A stretch of 32,000 nt of DNA, from the NCBI RefSeq assembly GCF_000025925.1, contig NC_014033.1, forward strand, positions 2,790,001 through 2,822,000, given 5' to 3'. Below, piece by piece: positions 13,793 to 23,886 of this stretch (position 1 is the first letter of the stretch; every line of letters starts with the position of its first letter). This DNA comes from Xylanibacter ruminicola 23 (GTDB taxonomy: Bacteria > Bacteroidota > Bacteroidia > Bacteroidales > Bacteroidaceae). The notes beneath the pieces are model-generated. The model was not told where the DNA came from, did not search any database, and saw only the letters and a program-made list of their open reading frames with translations. The translations under genes and the position numbers were made by a program.

Positions 13793-14782
13793 TTACTTTT
13801 CCTTATAAATTACCTGATTGGCGCCGCTGGTAATCTTCAGAGCCTCAGGATGTTCCTTGATAAACGAGTCGATATGACGCACACGCTTCTCTTCAAGAAT
13901 TTCATCAACAGCAATCAGGATACCAGTTTCCTCCACATCACCAAAGCCATAGTTGATAGCAGTACCAAACAACTTCATGGTTGGCGACAGACTCATATAC
14001 GCATTAACCAATGGTGGGATGTTATAGCCCAACTTACGGATTTCGCCATTCAGCACGCGATAGTCGTCCTTGAACGATGTACCACCAAACAACGACTCCA
14101 ATTCCTTGGGATCGGTTTCCAATTCCAGCGGTTTCATCGGTATAATCAGCTTATCCTTATCGTCGAAATGCTTCTTCAGGAAGTAGAGAATCATATCGCG
14201 GCCTTTGCGGATATATGATGGATACATGGTCATTTTTCCAAAGAAATATTTCACGTTAGGCTTAATCACCGTCAGGGCACCAAGTCCATCCCACAGGTTA
14301 TCGAGTGCAAACAAGCTCTTGGCACCCATGCGTGAACTCTGATAAGGAAGAGAGACGAATGAACGACCGAGTTCGATGGTCCAAGGGGCGTAATCCTTAA
14401 TAAAGCGATCGGAGAAGTGGAACATATGACTGGTAGCCAGAATGGGCTGCCCCTTTTCATCGTATTCCCAATCGGTACCAAGCAGATAACGGTAGCCACC
14501 GATAATCTCCTCTGCCTCAGGGTTCCAAACAATCAGCTGCTTGTAACAGTTGTCACAAGTATCGAATTCATCGATATCCATCGACTTGCCTGTACCGCCA
14601 CCAGCTTCGCGGAAAGCAATCTCACGTAAACGTCCGATTTCTTTCATCACGTTGGGTGCATTGTGAGCCGTAATGATATAAATCTCATTGTGGCTCTTGT
14701 TCGTCATACGCAGCTGACGGTCGGGAGTGAGTTCACTCTTGAGAACCTCTTTAGCAATTGGTTGGATAATTTCCTGTTCCAT
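13793..14782 (-). CDS. glsB: OlsB-like N-acyltransferase (N-acyl amino acid / glycine-lipid synthase, 'hemolysin-like' GNAT)
   Basis: 329 aa. ...EIGRLREIAFREAGGGTGKSMDIDEFDTCDNCYKQLIVWN... matches the OlsB/Acetyltransf_5 pattern (LR..F.......G.D.D.FD...HL.V). It is paired with an adjacent lysolipid O-acyltransferase, as described for Bacteroides glsB/glsA. Confidence 0.7.
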   Translation of the reverse strand: MEQEIIQPIAKEVLKSELTPDRQLRMTNKSHNEIYIITAHNAPNVMKEIGRLREIAFREAGGGTGKSMDIDEFDTCDNCYKQLIVWNPEAEEIIGGYRYLLGTDWEYDEKGQPILATSHMFHFSDRFIKDYAPWTIELGRSFVSLPYQSSRMGAKSLFALDNLWDGLGALTVIKPNVKYFFGKMTMYPSYIRKGRDMILYFLKKHFDDKDKLIIPMKPLELETDPKELESLFGGTSFKDDYRVLNGEIRKLGYNIPPLVNAYMSLSPTMKLFGTAINYGFGDVEETGILIAVDEILEEKRVRHIDSFIKEHPEALKITSGANQVIYKEK

Positions 14783-14801
14783 TCTCTCTACTTAAAAAAG
14801 T

Positions 14802-15635
14802 TTATAGTTTATAGACTTGATCTTTTACAAATTCTGCCCATTCCATCGGTGATTTCGACTTATCGAATGTCTGCCAGGGAATTGGCTTACCAATCTTTAC
14901 TTCGAAAGATTTGTGCACGTTTTTGTACATTTCATCGACCAAAAACAGCATAGCCAAGTTAAAGGGCAGGTGCTTGTCGCTGAAGTTTGCTAAGCGATAG
15001 AAGAACTTACTGTTCTCGCCGCTGAAATGGATGGGCACCACATCACGCTGATATTCCACACTCTTCGAGATAAAGGTCTTTTTCCAGGGAAGATCCTGAA
15101 TCACACCGTTCTTTTTTCGCGAACAGATGCCAGCAGGGAACATCAGCATATGGTGATCACTCTGGAAACCAGCCTCGACCATCGCTGGGAAGTTACGACT
15201 CTGGTTACCTGTTTTATTGATGGGGATGCACAACGGCGCCAAACCAGGCAGGTTCATCAGCAGGTCGTTAACCAGATAACGGAATCGTCCCTCATAGAAA
15301 CGGCCGATGATAGCACCCAGTGCCACACCATCCTCACCACCCAACGGGTGATTACTTACAAAAGTGTATAATTTGCCATCGTTAGGATCAGGCAGATTCT
15401 CCTTACCAACGATGTTCAGCGTCATGTCGAGGTATTTCACACATTCCTCCAACCATTCAACGCCAACTTTATCTCGACTCTCCCAAAGAAAAGCGTTTAC
15501 CTGGTCCTGGTGGGCTATCTTCTTTAGCCAACTAACCAAGAAACCGGGCACAAACTTAGCCTTTGCGCCCATCTTCCCTTTCAGGATTTTTTCAATGTCT
15601 ATCGTACGCTCTGTTACGGTTGTCATTTCTCTCAT
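14802..15635 (-). CDS. glsA: Lysophospholipid/lyso-glycine-lipid O-acyltransferase (PlsC family)
   Basis: 277 aa. It has an acyltransferase HX4-5(D/E) block, FVSNHPLGGEDG, and a downstream FPAGICSR (FPEGTRS-like) block. It lies 19 nt upstream of glsB. An alternative start is the ATG at 15626. Confidence 0.7.
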   Translation of the reverse strand: MREMTTVTERTIDIEKILKGKMGAKAKFVPGFLVSWLKKIAHQDQVNAFLWESRDKVGVEWLEECVKYLDMTLNIVGKENLPDPNDGKLYTFVSNHPLGGEDGVALGAIIGRFYEGRFRYLVNDLLMNLPGLAPLCIPINKTGNQSRNFPAMVEAGFQSDHHMLMFPAGICSRKKNGVIQDLPWKKTFISKSVEYQRDVVPIHFSGENSKFFYRLANFSDKHLPFNLAMLFLVDEMYKNVHKSFEVKIGKPIPWQTFDKSKSPMEWAEFVKDQVYKL

Positions 15636-15649
15636 GCACTAACAAGTTG

Positions 15650-15657
15650 CAAAAATA
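15650..15657 (-). promoter_or_regulatory. Candidate -7 promoter box (TATTTTTG on minus strand) for glsA-glsB
   Basis: Plus-strand CAAAAATA lies 14 nt upstream of the ATG at 15635, or 23 nt upstream of the ATG at 15626. Confidence 0.4.
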
Positions 15658-15768
15658 GCACATTTCTTTGAATAATGAGCAAAAAATGCAGAAAAAACTT
15701 AGTTTTTAAATGTATTTAGGACACGAGAGGGGGCAAAATCATCAAAAAAAGGTTAAATTTGAAAAAAA

Positions 15769-15798
15769 GTGGGGAATTGTGGTGTAGAGTGGGGAAAA
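15769..15798 (+). promoter_or_regulatory. MraZ operator: three GTGGKG direct repeats at exact 10-bp spacing
   Basis: The sequence is GTGGGGAATT GTGGTGTAGA GTGGGGAAAA, with repeats starting at 15769, 15779 and 15789. It sits immediately upstream of the -7 box of the mraZ promoter. The E. coli MraZ site is three TGGGN repeats with 5-nt spacers. Confidence 0.6.
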
Positions 15799-15803
15799 AT
15801 GAG

Positions 15804-15811
15804 TAACTTTG
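15804..15811 (+). promoter_or_regulatory. -7 promoter box TAACTTTG of the dcw (mraZ) promoter
   Basis: Exact TAnnTTTG match, 28 nt upstream of the mraZ ATG (15840). Confidence 0.55.
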
Positions 15812-15839
15812 CGGCAAATTTATTATTAAATATGTACGC

Positions 15840-16295
15840 ATGCGTTTTATAGGTAATATAGAGGCTAAGATCGACGCTAAGGGAAGAGCTTTCCTGCCAG
15901 CTGTTTTCCGCAAGGTGCTACAGGCATCTGGCGAGGAAAACCTGGTACTCAGAAAGGACGTCTTCCAGAATTGCTTGGTGCTCTATCCTGAAAGCGTATG
16001 GAACGAGCGCCTCGACCTTTTGAAGTCGCAACTTCACCCATGGAAGCACACCCACCAGCAGATGTTCCGACAGTTTGTATCGGAGGCAGAAGTTGTAACG
16101 CTTGATGGCAATGGCCGATTCCTCATCTCAAAGCGCCTGCTGAAGGTTGCCGAGATTGATCAGGACATCCAGTTCATCGGCATGGACAACACCATCGAGA
16201 TGTGGGCACCAGAGCGACTGAAGCAGACGCTGAAGACCGAAGAAGAATTTGGAATTGAATTTGAGAACATTATGAATAACTGTGAGGCTTTATGA
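15840..16295 (+). CDS. mraZ: Transcriptional regulator MraZ
   Basis: 151 aa. It reads MRFIGNIEAKIDAKGRAFLPAVFRK... and has a second SpoVT/AbrB-like repeat, ...VTLDGNGRFLISKRL... It is the first gene of the dcw cluster. Confidence 0.95.
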   Translation: MRFIGNIEAKIDAKGRAFLPAVFRKVLQASGEENLVLRKDVFQNCLVLYPESVWNERLDLLKSQLHPWKHTHQQMFRQFVSEAEVVTLDGNGRFLISKRLLKVAEIDQDIQFIGMDNTIEMWAPERLKQTLKTEEEFGIEFENIMNNCEAL

Positions 16296-17206
16296 TAACC
16301 ACAGCTGAGACATACCATGTACCCGTGCTTCTCCATGAGAGCATCGACGGACTTGCTATCAAGTCTGGCGGCATTTACGTAGACGTTACCTTTGGCGGTG
16401 GCGGCCACAGTAAAGAGATACTGCGCCGACTCGATGAAAAGGCGCATTTATATAGTTTTGATCAGGATCCAGATGCCGAGAAGAACATTGTAAACGACGA
16501 TCGCTTTACATTTGTACGCAGCAACTTCAGATATCTGAAGAACTGGATGCGCTATTACGGCGTGGACCATATCGACGGTTTGCTGGCCGACTTAGGTGTA
16601 TCGAGCCATCACTTTGATGATGAAACACGTGGTTTCTCTTTCCGATTCGACGCCCCATTGGATATGCGTATGAACAAACGAGCCGGAACTACCGCTGCCG
16701 AGATTCTCAACACCTACGATGAGGAGCAGTTGGCCGACATCTTCTATATCTACGGCGAACTGAAGAATGCCCGCAAGATAGCATCCATCATTGCCAAGAC
16801 ACGCAATGAGAAGAAGATTGAGACTACTGGCGACCTGATGAGCGCCACCGAGAAACTCTTCCAGCGCGAACGCGAGAAGAAAGAGATGGCCAAGATGTTC
16901 CAGGCCCTACGTATAGAGGTGAATCACGAGATGGATGCCCTGAAGGAGATGCTGAACGGCGCCAAGGATCTGCTTGGCGAAGGTGGACGCCTGTCGGTCA
17001 TCACCTACCACTCGCTCGAGGACCGCATCGTGAAGAACATGATGAAAGCCGGCAACGTAGAAGGTAAGATTAAGCAAGACTTCTTCGGTCGTATCGAGGC
17101 GCCTTTCCGCCTGATAAACAACAAGGTGATTGTGCCCAGCGACGAGGAGCAGCAACAGAACCCTCGTAGCCGTAGCGCCAAATTGAGAATAGCAGAGAAA
17201 ATATAA
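16292..17206 (+). CDS. rsmH: 16S rRNA (cytosine1402-N4)-methyltransferase RsmH (MraW)
   Basis: 304 aa. It has HVPVLL...YVDVTFGGGGHS and ...DLGVSSHHFD...RGFSF. ATGA overlap with mraZ. Confidence 0.95.
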   Translation: MITTAETYHVPVLLHESIDGLAIKSGGIYVDVTFGGGGHSKEILRRLDEKAHLYSFDQDPDAEKNIVNDDRFTFVRSNFRYLKNWMRYYGVDHIDGLLADLGVSSHHFDDETRGFSFRFDAPLDMRMNKRAGTTAAEILNTYDEEQLADIFYIYGELKNARKIASIIAKTRNEKKIETTGDLMSATEKLFQREREKKEMAKMFQALRIEVNHEMDALKEMLNGAKDLLGEGGRLSVITYHSLEDRIVKNMMKAGNVEGKIKQDFFGRIEAPFRLINNKVIVPSDEEQQQNPRSRSAKLRIAEKI

Positions 17207-17214
17207 GAGAGAAG

Positions 17215-17652
17215 ATGGAGAACAAAGAAGAAATTGAACTGCTGGTTGAAGCTGCCGATGTAAAAGAGCATGCCAAGAAAACCATCCAGAAGATTAAGGA
17301 AAAGGTGAAGGAGGAAGACCCCAAACTCACCCCATCCCTGAATCTGAGGACTATTCTTGGTGGCGACTTTCTGACAGCCGACATGGTGCGCCGCCAGATT
17401 TGGCTGATTGTACTCATGGTATTGTTCACCATCATCTATGTGGCTTCCAGATACCAGTGCCAGCAGGATCTGATTGCCATCGATAAACTGGAGAAAGAAC
17501 TGCTGCATGCCAAATACAAGGCCTTGTCGAGTTCAAGTACCCTGACAGAGAAATGCCGTGAGAGTCATGTGCTGGAGGCATTGAAGCAGAACAGAGATAC
17601 GCTGCTGCATATTTCCGACCAGCCACCTTATATTATTAATGTACCAGAATAA
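17215..17652 (+). CDS. ftsL: FtsL-like cell division protein (bitopic)
   Basis: 145 aa with a single TM segment (IWLIVLMVLFTIIYV) followed by a coiled-coil-like region. Its position between rsmH and ftsI is the canonical one. Confidence 0.7.
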   Translation: MENKEEIELLVEAADVKEHAKKTIQKIKEKVKEEDPKLTPSLNLRTILGGDFLTADMVRRQIWLIVLMVLFTIIYVASRYQCQQDLIAIDKLEKELLHAKYKALSSSSTLTEKCRESHVLEALKQNRDTLLHISDQPPYIINVPE

Positions 17653-17661
17653 AGAAACGAG

Positions 17662-19785
17662 ATGAGTAAGTTCAATAGCGATAAAGTCATGCCGCGCTAC
17701 TTCGTCATTGCAGTAGTACTCACGCTGATTGGTTTTGCCGTAGTGGGCAAAGCCATGTACATCATGACTGCCAAAAAGGATTATTGGACTCAGGTGGCCT
17801 CGCGACTGAAGCGTGATAGCGTCACCGTAAAGCCTAATCGTGGAAATATTCTGAGTTGCGACGGTCAGCTGATGGCCAGCAGTATCCCAGAGTATAAGGT
17901 ATATATGGATTTCCAGGCTGGTGCCGAGGATTCTACTGGTGTACACAAGCGCGACTCTATCTGGGCAGCCGAGATTGACACCATCTGCTATGGACTGAAC
18001 CAGATTTTTCCACAGAAGTCGGCTGCCGAATTCAAGGCACATCTGTTGGAAGGTAAGCGTAAAGTGATGAAGAACGGTACCGTAGGTGCCCGTCACTGGG
18101 CTATCTGGCCTCGCCGTATTGATTACAATACTTTCTGCGAGGTACACGAACTGCCCATCTTCAGAGAGAAACTGTATAAAGGCGGTTTCCACTGGGAGAC
18201 CTTCAACTCACGCCGTAAGCCATTCGGCACCTTGGCCCAGCGTACCATCGGTGAGATGTACGGTGCTAAAGATAGTGCCAAGAATGGTCTGGAGCTCTCG
18301 TTAGACACCTTACTCCGTGGTAAGAATGGTTTGATGCATCGTCGTAAGATTCTGAGCAAGTACCTCGACATCCCTGTACTGTCGCCCGAGGATGGTGTAG
18401 ATGTAGTAACCACCATCGATGTAGGTATGCAGGATTTGGCCGAGCGTGCCTTGGTAGATGAACTGAAGGAGATTAACGGCGAAATGGGCGTAGCCATCCT
18501 GATGGAGGTAAAGACCGGCGACGTAAAAGCCATTGTAAATATGACCCGTGGATTGGACGGCAACTATTACGAGATGGTGAACAATGCCATCAGCTACCGT
18601 TGTGAACCAGGTTCAGTATTCAAGGTAGCCTCGTTCCTTGTTGCCCTCGACGATGGTGTGATCGACACCACAATGACTATCCCAACAGGCTGTGGTGTGA
18701 TGGAGATGCACGGTCGTCCCATGAAGGATCACAACTGGCGTCGTGGCGGCTATGGCACCATCAATGTAGCACGCGCCCTCGAAGTAAGTTCGAACATCGG
18801 CGTAAGCTACCTGATCGACAAGTACTACGGTCATAACCCCAAGAAATACGTAGAGGGTCTATATAGAATAGGTATACACGAGGACCTGAAGTTGCCATTG
18901 GTGGGTTATCATACCCCTATGATCCGTATGCCGGATACCAAGACTACCGACAGATCCAAGTACTGGAGTAAGACCACCCTACCCTGGATGAGTATTGGTT
19001 ACGAAACTCAGATAGCACCAATCAACACCGTGGCTTTCTATAATGCGATAGCCAACAACGGCAAGATGATGCAGCCACGCTTTGTTAAGCAGCTGATGAA
19101 GAACGGCGAGGTGATTCGCGAGTTCGAGCCAGTAGTGCTGAAAGAGCGCATTGCCAAACCACAGACCATCAAAACCATGCAGACCATTCTGGAACACGTG
19201 GTTAGTCAGGGGCTGGGTAAGAAGGCCGGCTCTAAATCATTCAAGGTGGCAGGTAAGACAGGTACAGCCCAGGTGGCCGACCAGTTTGGTAGTTACCACT
19301 CAGGCGTTACCCGTTACTGGTTGAGTTTCGCAGGTTTCTTCCCTGCCGACAACCCACGTTACACCTGTATCGTCTGCCTCAAGAAGTCGGGCCTGCCCGC
19401 ATCTGGTGGTGGTATGAGTGGTGTGGTATTCCACCATATTGCCGAAGGTGTAATGGCACAGAGTCTGAAGCGTAGCGTAGATGATGCCCGCGATTCTCGC
19501 TCATCGTTTACACCTGCAGTTAAGAAGGGCGATAGCCAGGCTGCCAACTACGTATTGGCCAGTCTTAAGACCAAGGCTTCGGCTCCTAGCAGCGCCAACT
19601 ATCGCGAAGGCAGCAAGCATACCGTACCCGATGTAACAGGCATGGGTGCCAAAGATGCCGTTTATCTGTTAGAGAGCCGTCGTGTTAAGGCACGCATCAA
19701 AGGAAGAGGAAAAGTTAAATCACAAAGTATCCACGCCGGAACCGCAGTTAAGCAAGGAATGGTGTGCGAACTCATTTTAGATTAA
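17662..19785 (+). CDS. ftsI: Penicillin-binding protein 3 (FtsI), class B transpeptidase with a C-terminal PASTA-like domain
   Basis: 707 aa with an N-terminal TM anchor. The transpeptidase motifs are SxxK (GSVFK), SxN (SSN) and KTG (KTGTA). The C-terminal [52 protein letters not shown] fits the PASTA pattern. Confidence 0.9.
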   Translation: MSKFNSDKVMPRYFVIAVVLTLIGFAVVGKAMYIMTAKKDYWTQVASRLKRDSVTVKPNRGNILSCDGQLMASSIPEYKVYMDFQAGAEDSTGVHKRDSIWAAEIDTICYGLNQIFPQKSAAEFKAHLLEGKRKVMKNGTVGARHWAIWPRRIDYNTFCEVHELPIFREKLYKGGFHWETFNSRRKPFGTLAQRTIGEMYGAKDSAKNGLELSLDTLLRGKNGLMHRRKILSKYLDIPVLSPEDGVDVVTTIDVGMQDLAERALVDELKEINGEMGVAILMEVKTGDVKAIVNMTRGLDGNYYEMVNNAISYRCEPGSVFKVASFLVALDDGVIDTTMTIPTGCGVMEMHGRPMKDHNWRRGGYGTINVARALEVSSNIGVSYLIDKYYGHNPKKYVEGLYRIGIHEDLKLPLVGYHTPMIRMPDTKTTDRSKYWSKTTLPWMSIGYETQIAPINTVAFYNAIANNGKMMQPRFVKQLMKNGEVIREFEPVVLKERIAKPQTIKTMQTILEHVVSQGLGKKAGSKSFKVAGKTGTAQVADQFGSYHSGVTRYWLSFAGFFPADNPRYTCIVCLKKSGLPASGGGMSGVVFHHIAEGVMAQSLKRSVDDARDSRSSFTPAVKKGDSQAANYVLASLKTKASAPSSANYREGSKHTVPDVTGMGAKDAVYLLESRRVKARIKGRGKVKSQSIHAGTAVKQGMVCELILD

Positions 19786-19808
19786 TATATATAATAAGGT
19801 ATAAGCAT

Positions 19809-21260
19809 ATGAAGTTAAATGAACTGCTCAAGAATGTAGAAGTACTCAACACGCAGGGCGATGTTGATGTAGAGATTACCGGTGTGAACATCGATTCACG
19901 TCGCATTGAAGCTGGTCATCTGTTCGTCGCCATCCCAGGCACCGTAACCGATGGACACAAGTTCATTCCAAAAGCCATTGAGTTAGGAGCAACTGCTGTA
20001 TTGTGTGAGAAATTGCCAGAGGAGCAGGATCCTAAAGTAACATTTGTTCAAGTAGCATCTACCGAGAGCTGTGTAGGCGAGGTTGCCACCCAGTTCTATG
20101 GCGACCCATCGCGTAAACTCAAACTGGTAGGTGTAACAGGTACCAATGGTAAGACCACCATCGCCACCTTATTATATAATATGTTCCGCAAGTTCGGACA
20201 TAAGTGCGGTCTGCTGTCAACTGTATGCAACTACATCGAGGACGAGGCTATCCCAGCCGATCATACTACTCCCGACCCCATCGAGCTGAACCGCTTGCTG
20301 GCTCAGATGGTTGATGCCGGTTGTGAGTATGCCTTCATGGAGTGCTCGAGTCACGCCATCGCTCAAAAGCGTATCGGCGGACTGAAGTTTGCAGGTGGTT
20401 TGTTCACCAACCTGACACGCGACCACTTGGACTATCACAAGACCTTTGAGAACTACCGTGATGCCAAGAAGGCTTTCTTCGATGGTTTGGAGAAAGATGC
20501 CTTTGCCATTACCAATGCCGACGACAAGAATGGCATGGTGATGGTGCAGAACTGCAAGGCCAACGTAAAGACCTACTCTACCCGCACCATGGCCGATTTC
20601 AAGGCTAAGATCATCGAGTGCCACTTCGAGGGTATGTATCTCGACATCAACGGCAAGGAGGTTGGTGTGCAGTTTATCGGTAAGTTCAACGTCAGCAACC
20701 TGCTGGCCGTTTATGGCGCTGCTGTAATGCTAGGCAAGAAACCCGAGGATATCCTGCTCATTATGAGTACGTTGAAGAGTGTGAACGGAAGATTGGAGCC
20801 TATCCACTCACCCGAAGGCTATACAGCCATTGTTGACTATGCCCACACCCCTGATGCCTTGGAGAATGTGCTCAATGCCATCCACGAGGTACTGAACGGT
20901 AAGGGTAAGGTCATCACCGTATGCGGTGCTGGCGGTAATCGTGATAAAGGTAAGCGCCCCATCATGGCACAGGAGGCCGTTAAGCAGAGCGATAAGGTGA
21001 TTATCACCTCTGATAACCCACGCTTTGAGGAGCCACAGGATATCATCAACGATATGCTGGCAGGCCTCGACCAGAAGCAGATGAAGAAGGTTGTGAGCAT
21101 TGTTGATCGCCGTGAGGCTATCCGCACCGCCTGCATGCTGGCCGAAAAGGGCGACGTTATTCTGATTGCCGGCAAGGGCCATGAAGACTATCAGGAAATT
21201 AAAGGTGTAAAGCACCACTTCGACGATAAGGAAGTAGTAAAGGAAATTTTTAACTCTTAA
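19809..21260 (+). CDS. murE: UDP-N-acetylmuramoyl-L-alanyl-D-glutamate--2,6-diaminopimelate ligase
   Basis: The ATG at 19809 begins [10 protein letters not shown]... It has the Mur ligase P-loop [10 protein letters not shown] and the ...DNPRFE... motif typical of MurE. The track start at 19764 overlaps the ftsI 3' end. Confidence 0.93.
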   Translation: MKLNELLKNVEVLNTQGDVDVEITGVNIDSRRIEAGHLFVAIPGTVTDGHKFIPKAIELGATAVLCEKLPEEQDPKVTFVQVASTESCVGEVATQFYGDPSRKLKLVGVTGTNGKTTIATLLYNMFRKFGHKCGLLSTVCNYIEDEAIPADHTTPDPIELNRLLAQMVDAGCEYAFMECSSHAIAQKRIGGLKFAGGLFTNLTRDHLDYHKTFENYRDAKKAFFDGLEKDAFAITNADDKNGMVMVQNCKANVKTYSTRTMADFKAKIIECHFEGMYLDINGKEVGVQFIGKFNVSNLLAVYGAAVMLGKKPEDILLIMSTLKSVNGRLEPIHSPEGYTAIVDYAHTPDALENVLNAIHEVLNGKGKVITVCGAGGNRDKGKRPIMAQEAVKQSDKVIITSDNPRFEEPQDIINDMLAGLDQKQMKKVVSIVDRREAIRTACMLAEKGDVILIAGKGHEDYQEIKGVKHHFDDKEVVKEIFNS

Positions 21261-21271
21261 TATTATCAACA

Positions 21272-22543
21272 ATGTTATACTATCTGTTCAGATTCCTCGA
21301 CCAGTACGATATACCTGGATCACACATGTGGGCGTACATTTCGTTCCGCTCACTGCTCACGCTCATCCTCTCGCTGATAATCTCAGCATGGTTTGGTGAG
21401 AAGTTTATTAAATGGATGAAGCGCCGCAGCATTTTTGAGACCGAGCGCGATCCAAGTATCGACCCATTCGGAGTCGAGAAGAAGGGTGTGCCTACCATGG
21501 GTGGTATCATCATCATCGTGAGCATCCTCATCCCTGTGTTGCTCTTCGGCCGTATCCGCAACACCTATCTTATCCTGATGGTTATTACCACCGTATGGTT
21601 AGGTTTCCTGGGATTCCTCGACGACTATATCAAGATTTTCAAGCGCAACAAGGATGGCTTGAAGGGTAAGTATAAGATTGTTGGTCAGGTAAGCATCGGC
21701 TTCATCGTTGGTCTTACACTCTGGCTCAGTCCCGATGTAGTGGTTCGTGAGAATGTGAATGTCCGTCAACAGAACCAGGAGATTGTGGTAAAGCATAAGA
21801 AGGAGGCTGTAAAATCGTTACAGACCACCATCCCATTCATAAAGAATCACAACCTGAACTACTCTAACGTGATGTCGTTCTGCGGCAAGTACAAGGTAGC
21901 TGCCGGTTGGATTATCTTCGTATTCATCACCATCTTTGCCGTAACAGCCGTATCAAACGGTGCCAACCTCAACGATGGTATGGATGGTATGTGTGCAGGT
22001 AACTCAGCTATCGTAGGTGTGGCGTTAGGCATACTGGCCTATGTGTCATCGCACATCGGCTATGCCTCATACTTCGACATCATGTATATCCCTCACTCTG
22101 AGGAGTTGGTTGTATTCCTCTGCGCATTCATCGGAGCCATGATTGGTTTCCTGTGGTACAATGCCTATCCCGCTCAGGTATTCATGGGCGATACCGGTTC
22201 GCTTACCATCGGTGGTATCATCGGTGTAGCCGCCATCATTATCCACAAGGAGTTGCTGCTGCCTATCCTGTGCGGCATCTTCTTCGTCGAGAGTCTGAGT
22301 GTGATTATCCAGACCCAGTGGTTCAAGTTCATGAAGCGTAAGGGGCAGCGTGTGCGCGTGTTCCGTGCCACACCTATCCACGACAATTTCCGTAAGCTCG
22401 ACACACAGCTCGATGCTACAAGTAAATATATTCTGAAGAGTTGGCCTCATCGTCCGTTCCACGAGTCGAAGATCACTATCCGATTCTGGATTACATCAGT
22501 TATTCTGGCCGCACTCACCATCATCACATTAAAGATGCGTTAA
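21272..22543 (+). CDS. mraY: Phospho-N-acetylmuramoyl-pentapeptide transferase
   Basis: 423 aa polytopic protein with KKGVPTMGG, NGANLNDGMDGM and FMGDTGSL motifs. Confidence 0.95.
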   Translation: MLYYLFRFLDQYDIPGSHMWAYISFRSLLTLILSLIISAWFGEKFIKWMKRRSIFETERDPSIDPFGVEKKGVPTMGGIIIIVSILIPVLLFGRIRNTYLILMVITTVWLGFLGFLDDYIKIFKRNKDGLKGKYKIVGQVSIGFIVGLTLWLSPDVVVRENVNVRQQNQEIVVKHKKEAVKSLQTTIPFIKNHNLNYSNVMSFCGKYKVAAGWIIFVFITIFAVTAVSNGANLNDGMDGMCAGNSAIVGVALGILAYVSSHIGYASYFDIMYIPHSEELVVFLCAFIGAMIGFLWYNAYPAQVFMGDTGSLTIGGIIGVAAIIIHKELLLPILCGIFFVESLSVIIQTQWFKFMKRKGQRVRVFRATPIHDNFRKLDTQLDATSKYILKSWPHRPFHESKITIRFWITSVILAALTIITLKMR

Positions 22544-22551
22544 ACAAGTAT

Positions 22552-23883
22552 ATGAAAAGGATTGTTATATTAGGAGCAGGAGAAAGTGGCGCAGGAGCTG
22601 CTGTTCTCGCAAAGAAAGAAGGTTTCGATGTGTTTGTATCAGACATGTCGAAGATTGCCGACAAGTACAAGAAACAGTTGGACGACCACCAGATTGAGTG
22701 GGAAGAGGGTCAGCACACAGAAGAGAAGATTCTGAATGCCGACGAAATCATCAAGAGTCCAGGCATCCCCGATACCGCTCCCATGATTCAGAAGATCATT
22801 GCCAAAGGTATCCATATCATCAGCGAGATTGAGTTTGCTGGTCGCTATACCGATTCAAAGATGATCTGTATCACAGGTTCTAACGGTAAAACCACCACTA
22901 CCTCGCTCATCTATCATATCTTTAAGGAGGCTGGTTACGATGCCGGTTTGGCTGGTAATATAGGTAACTCGCTGGCTCTGCAGGTGGCCGAGGATCCACA
23001 CGAATACTACATCATCGAACTCAGCTCATTCCAGCTCGACAATATGTACGATTTCCGTGCCGACATCGCTATTCTGCTGAATATCACACCCGACCATCTG
23101 GATCGTTACAACTTCGAGATGCAGAACTATGTAGATGCCAAGATGCGTATCATCCAGAACCAGACAGATAAGGATGCCTTCATCTACTGGGCCGACGATC
23201 CCATCATCAAGCGCGAATTAGAGAAGTACGATATCCACTCTATCCAGTACCCGTTCTCTGAGCTGAAGGAGAAGGGCGTGATTGGTTACATCGAGGAGGG
23301 CAAGTATAAGATTGAGAAGCCCGAGCCATTCAATATGGAGCAGGAGAGTCTGAGTCTAACAGGTAAGCACAACATCTACAACTCGCTGGCTGCCGGTATT
23401 GCTGCCGACATTGCTGGTATCAAGAAGGAAGAGATTCGCAAGAGTCTAAGCGACTTCCCTGGTGTTGAGCACCGTTTGGAAAAGGTTTGCACCGTTCGTG
23501 GCGTGCAGTATATCAACGACTCAAAGGCCACCAACGTAGATGCCTGCTGGTATGCCCTCGAGGCCATGAAGACCAAGGTTATCCTAATTATTGGTGGTAA
23601 GGATAAGGGCAACGATTACGAGCCCATCAAGCCACTGGTTAAGGAGAAATGCTCTGGTATTGTGTACCTGGGTGCCGACAACCAGAAGCTGCACGACAAC
23701 TTCGACAACTTAGGCATTCCCGTACGCGACACCCACTCTATGAAGGAGTGTATGGAGGCCTGCTACGAGATGGCCAAGCCAGGCGAAACCGTACTGTTAA
23801 GCCCCTGCTGTGCTTCGTTCGACCTCTTCAAGAACATGGAGGATCGCGGCGAGCAGTTTAAGACAATAGCAAGAAGTCTGTAA
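22552..23883 (+). CDS. murD: UDP-N-acetylmuramoylalanine--D-glutamate ligase
   Basis: The ATG at 22552 begins MKRIVILGAGESG (Rossmann-like N-terminus). It has the P-loop ITGSNGKTTT and DSKATN. Confidence 0.93.
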   Translation: MKRIVILGAGESGAGAAVLAKKEGFDVFVSDMSKIADKYKKQLDDHQIEWEEGQHTEEKILNADEIIKSPGIPDTAPMIQKIIAKGIHIISEIEFAGRYTDSKMICITGSNGKTTTTSLIYHIFKEAGYDAGLAGNIGNSLALQVAEDPHEYYIIELSSFQLDNMYDFRADIAILLNITPDHLDRYNFEMQNYVDAKMRIIQNQTDKDAFIYWADDPIIKRELEKYDIHSIQYPFSELKEKGVIGYIEEGKYKIEKPEPFNMEQESLSLTGKHNIYNSLAAGIAADIAGIKKEEIRKSLSDFPGVEHRLEKVCTVRGVQYINDSKATNVDACWYALEAMKTKVILIIGGKDKGNDYEPIKPLVKEKCSGIVYLGADNQKLHDNFDNLGIPVRDTHSMKECMEACYEMAKPGETVLLSPCCASFDLFKNMEDRGEQFKTIARSL

Positions 23884-23886
23884 AGA

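Noticed and set aside
15716-15913. 65-aa minus-strand ORF in the mraZ promoter region
   Set aside because: It spans the MraZ boxes, the -7 box and the mraZ start. Its translation is low-complexity, so it is better explained as regulatory DNA.
17533-18192. 219-aa minus-strand ORF antisense to ftsL/ftsI. The same applies to 24099-24734 antisense to ftsW, 29562-30122 antisense to ftsA/ftsZ, and 17005-17508 antisense to rsmH/ftsL.
   Set aside because: All of these lie inside strongly supported dcw genes on the other strand, and none has independent coding evidence.
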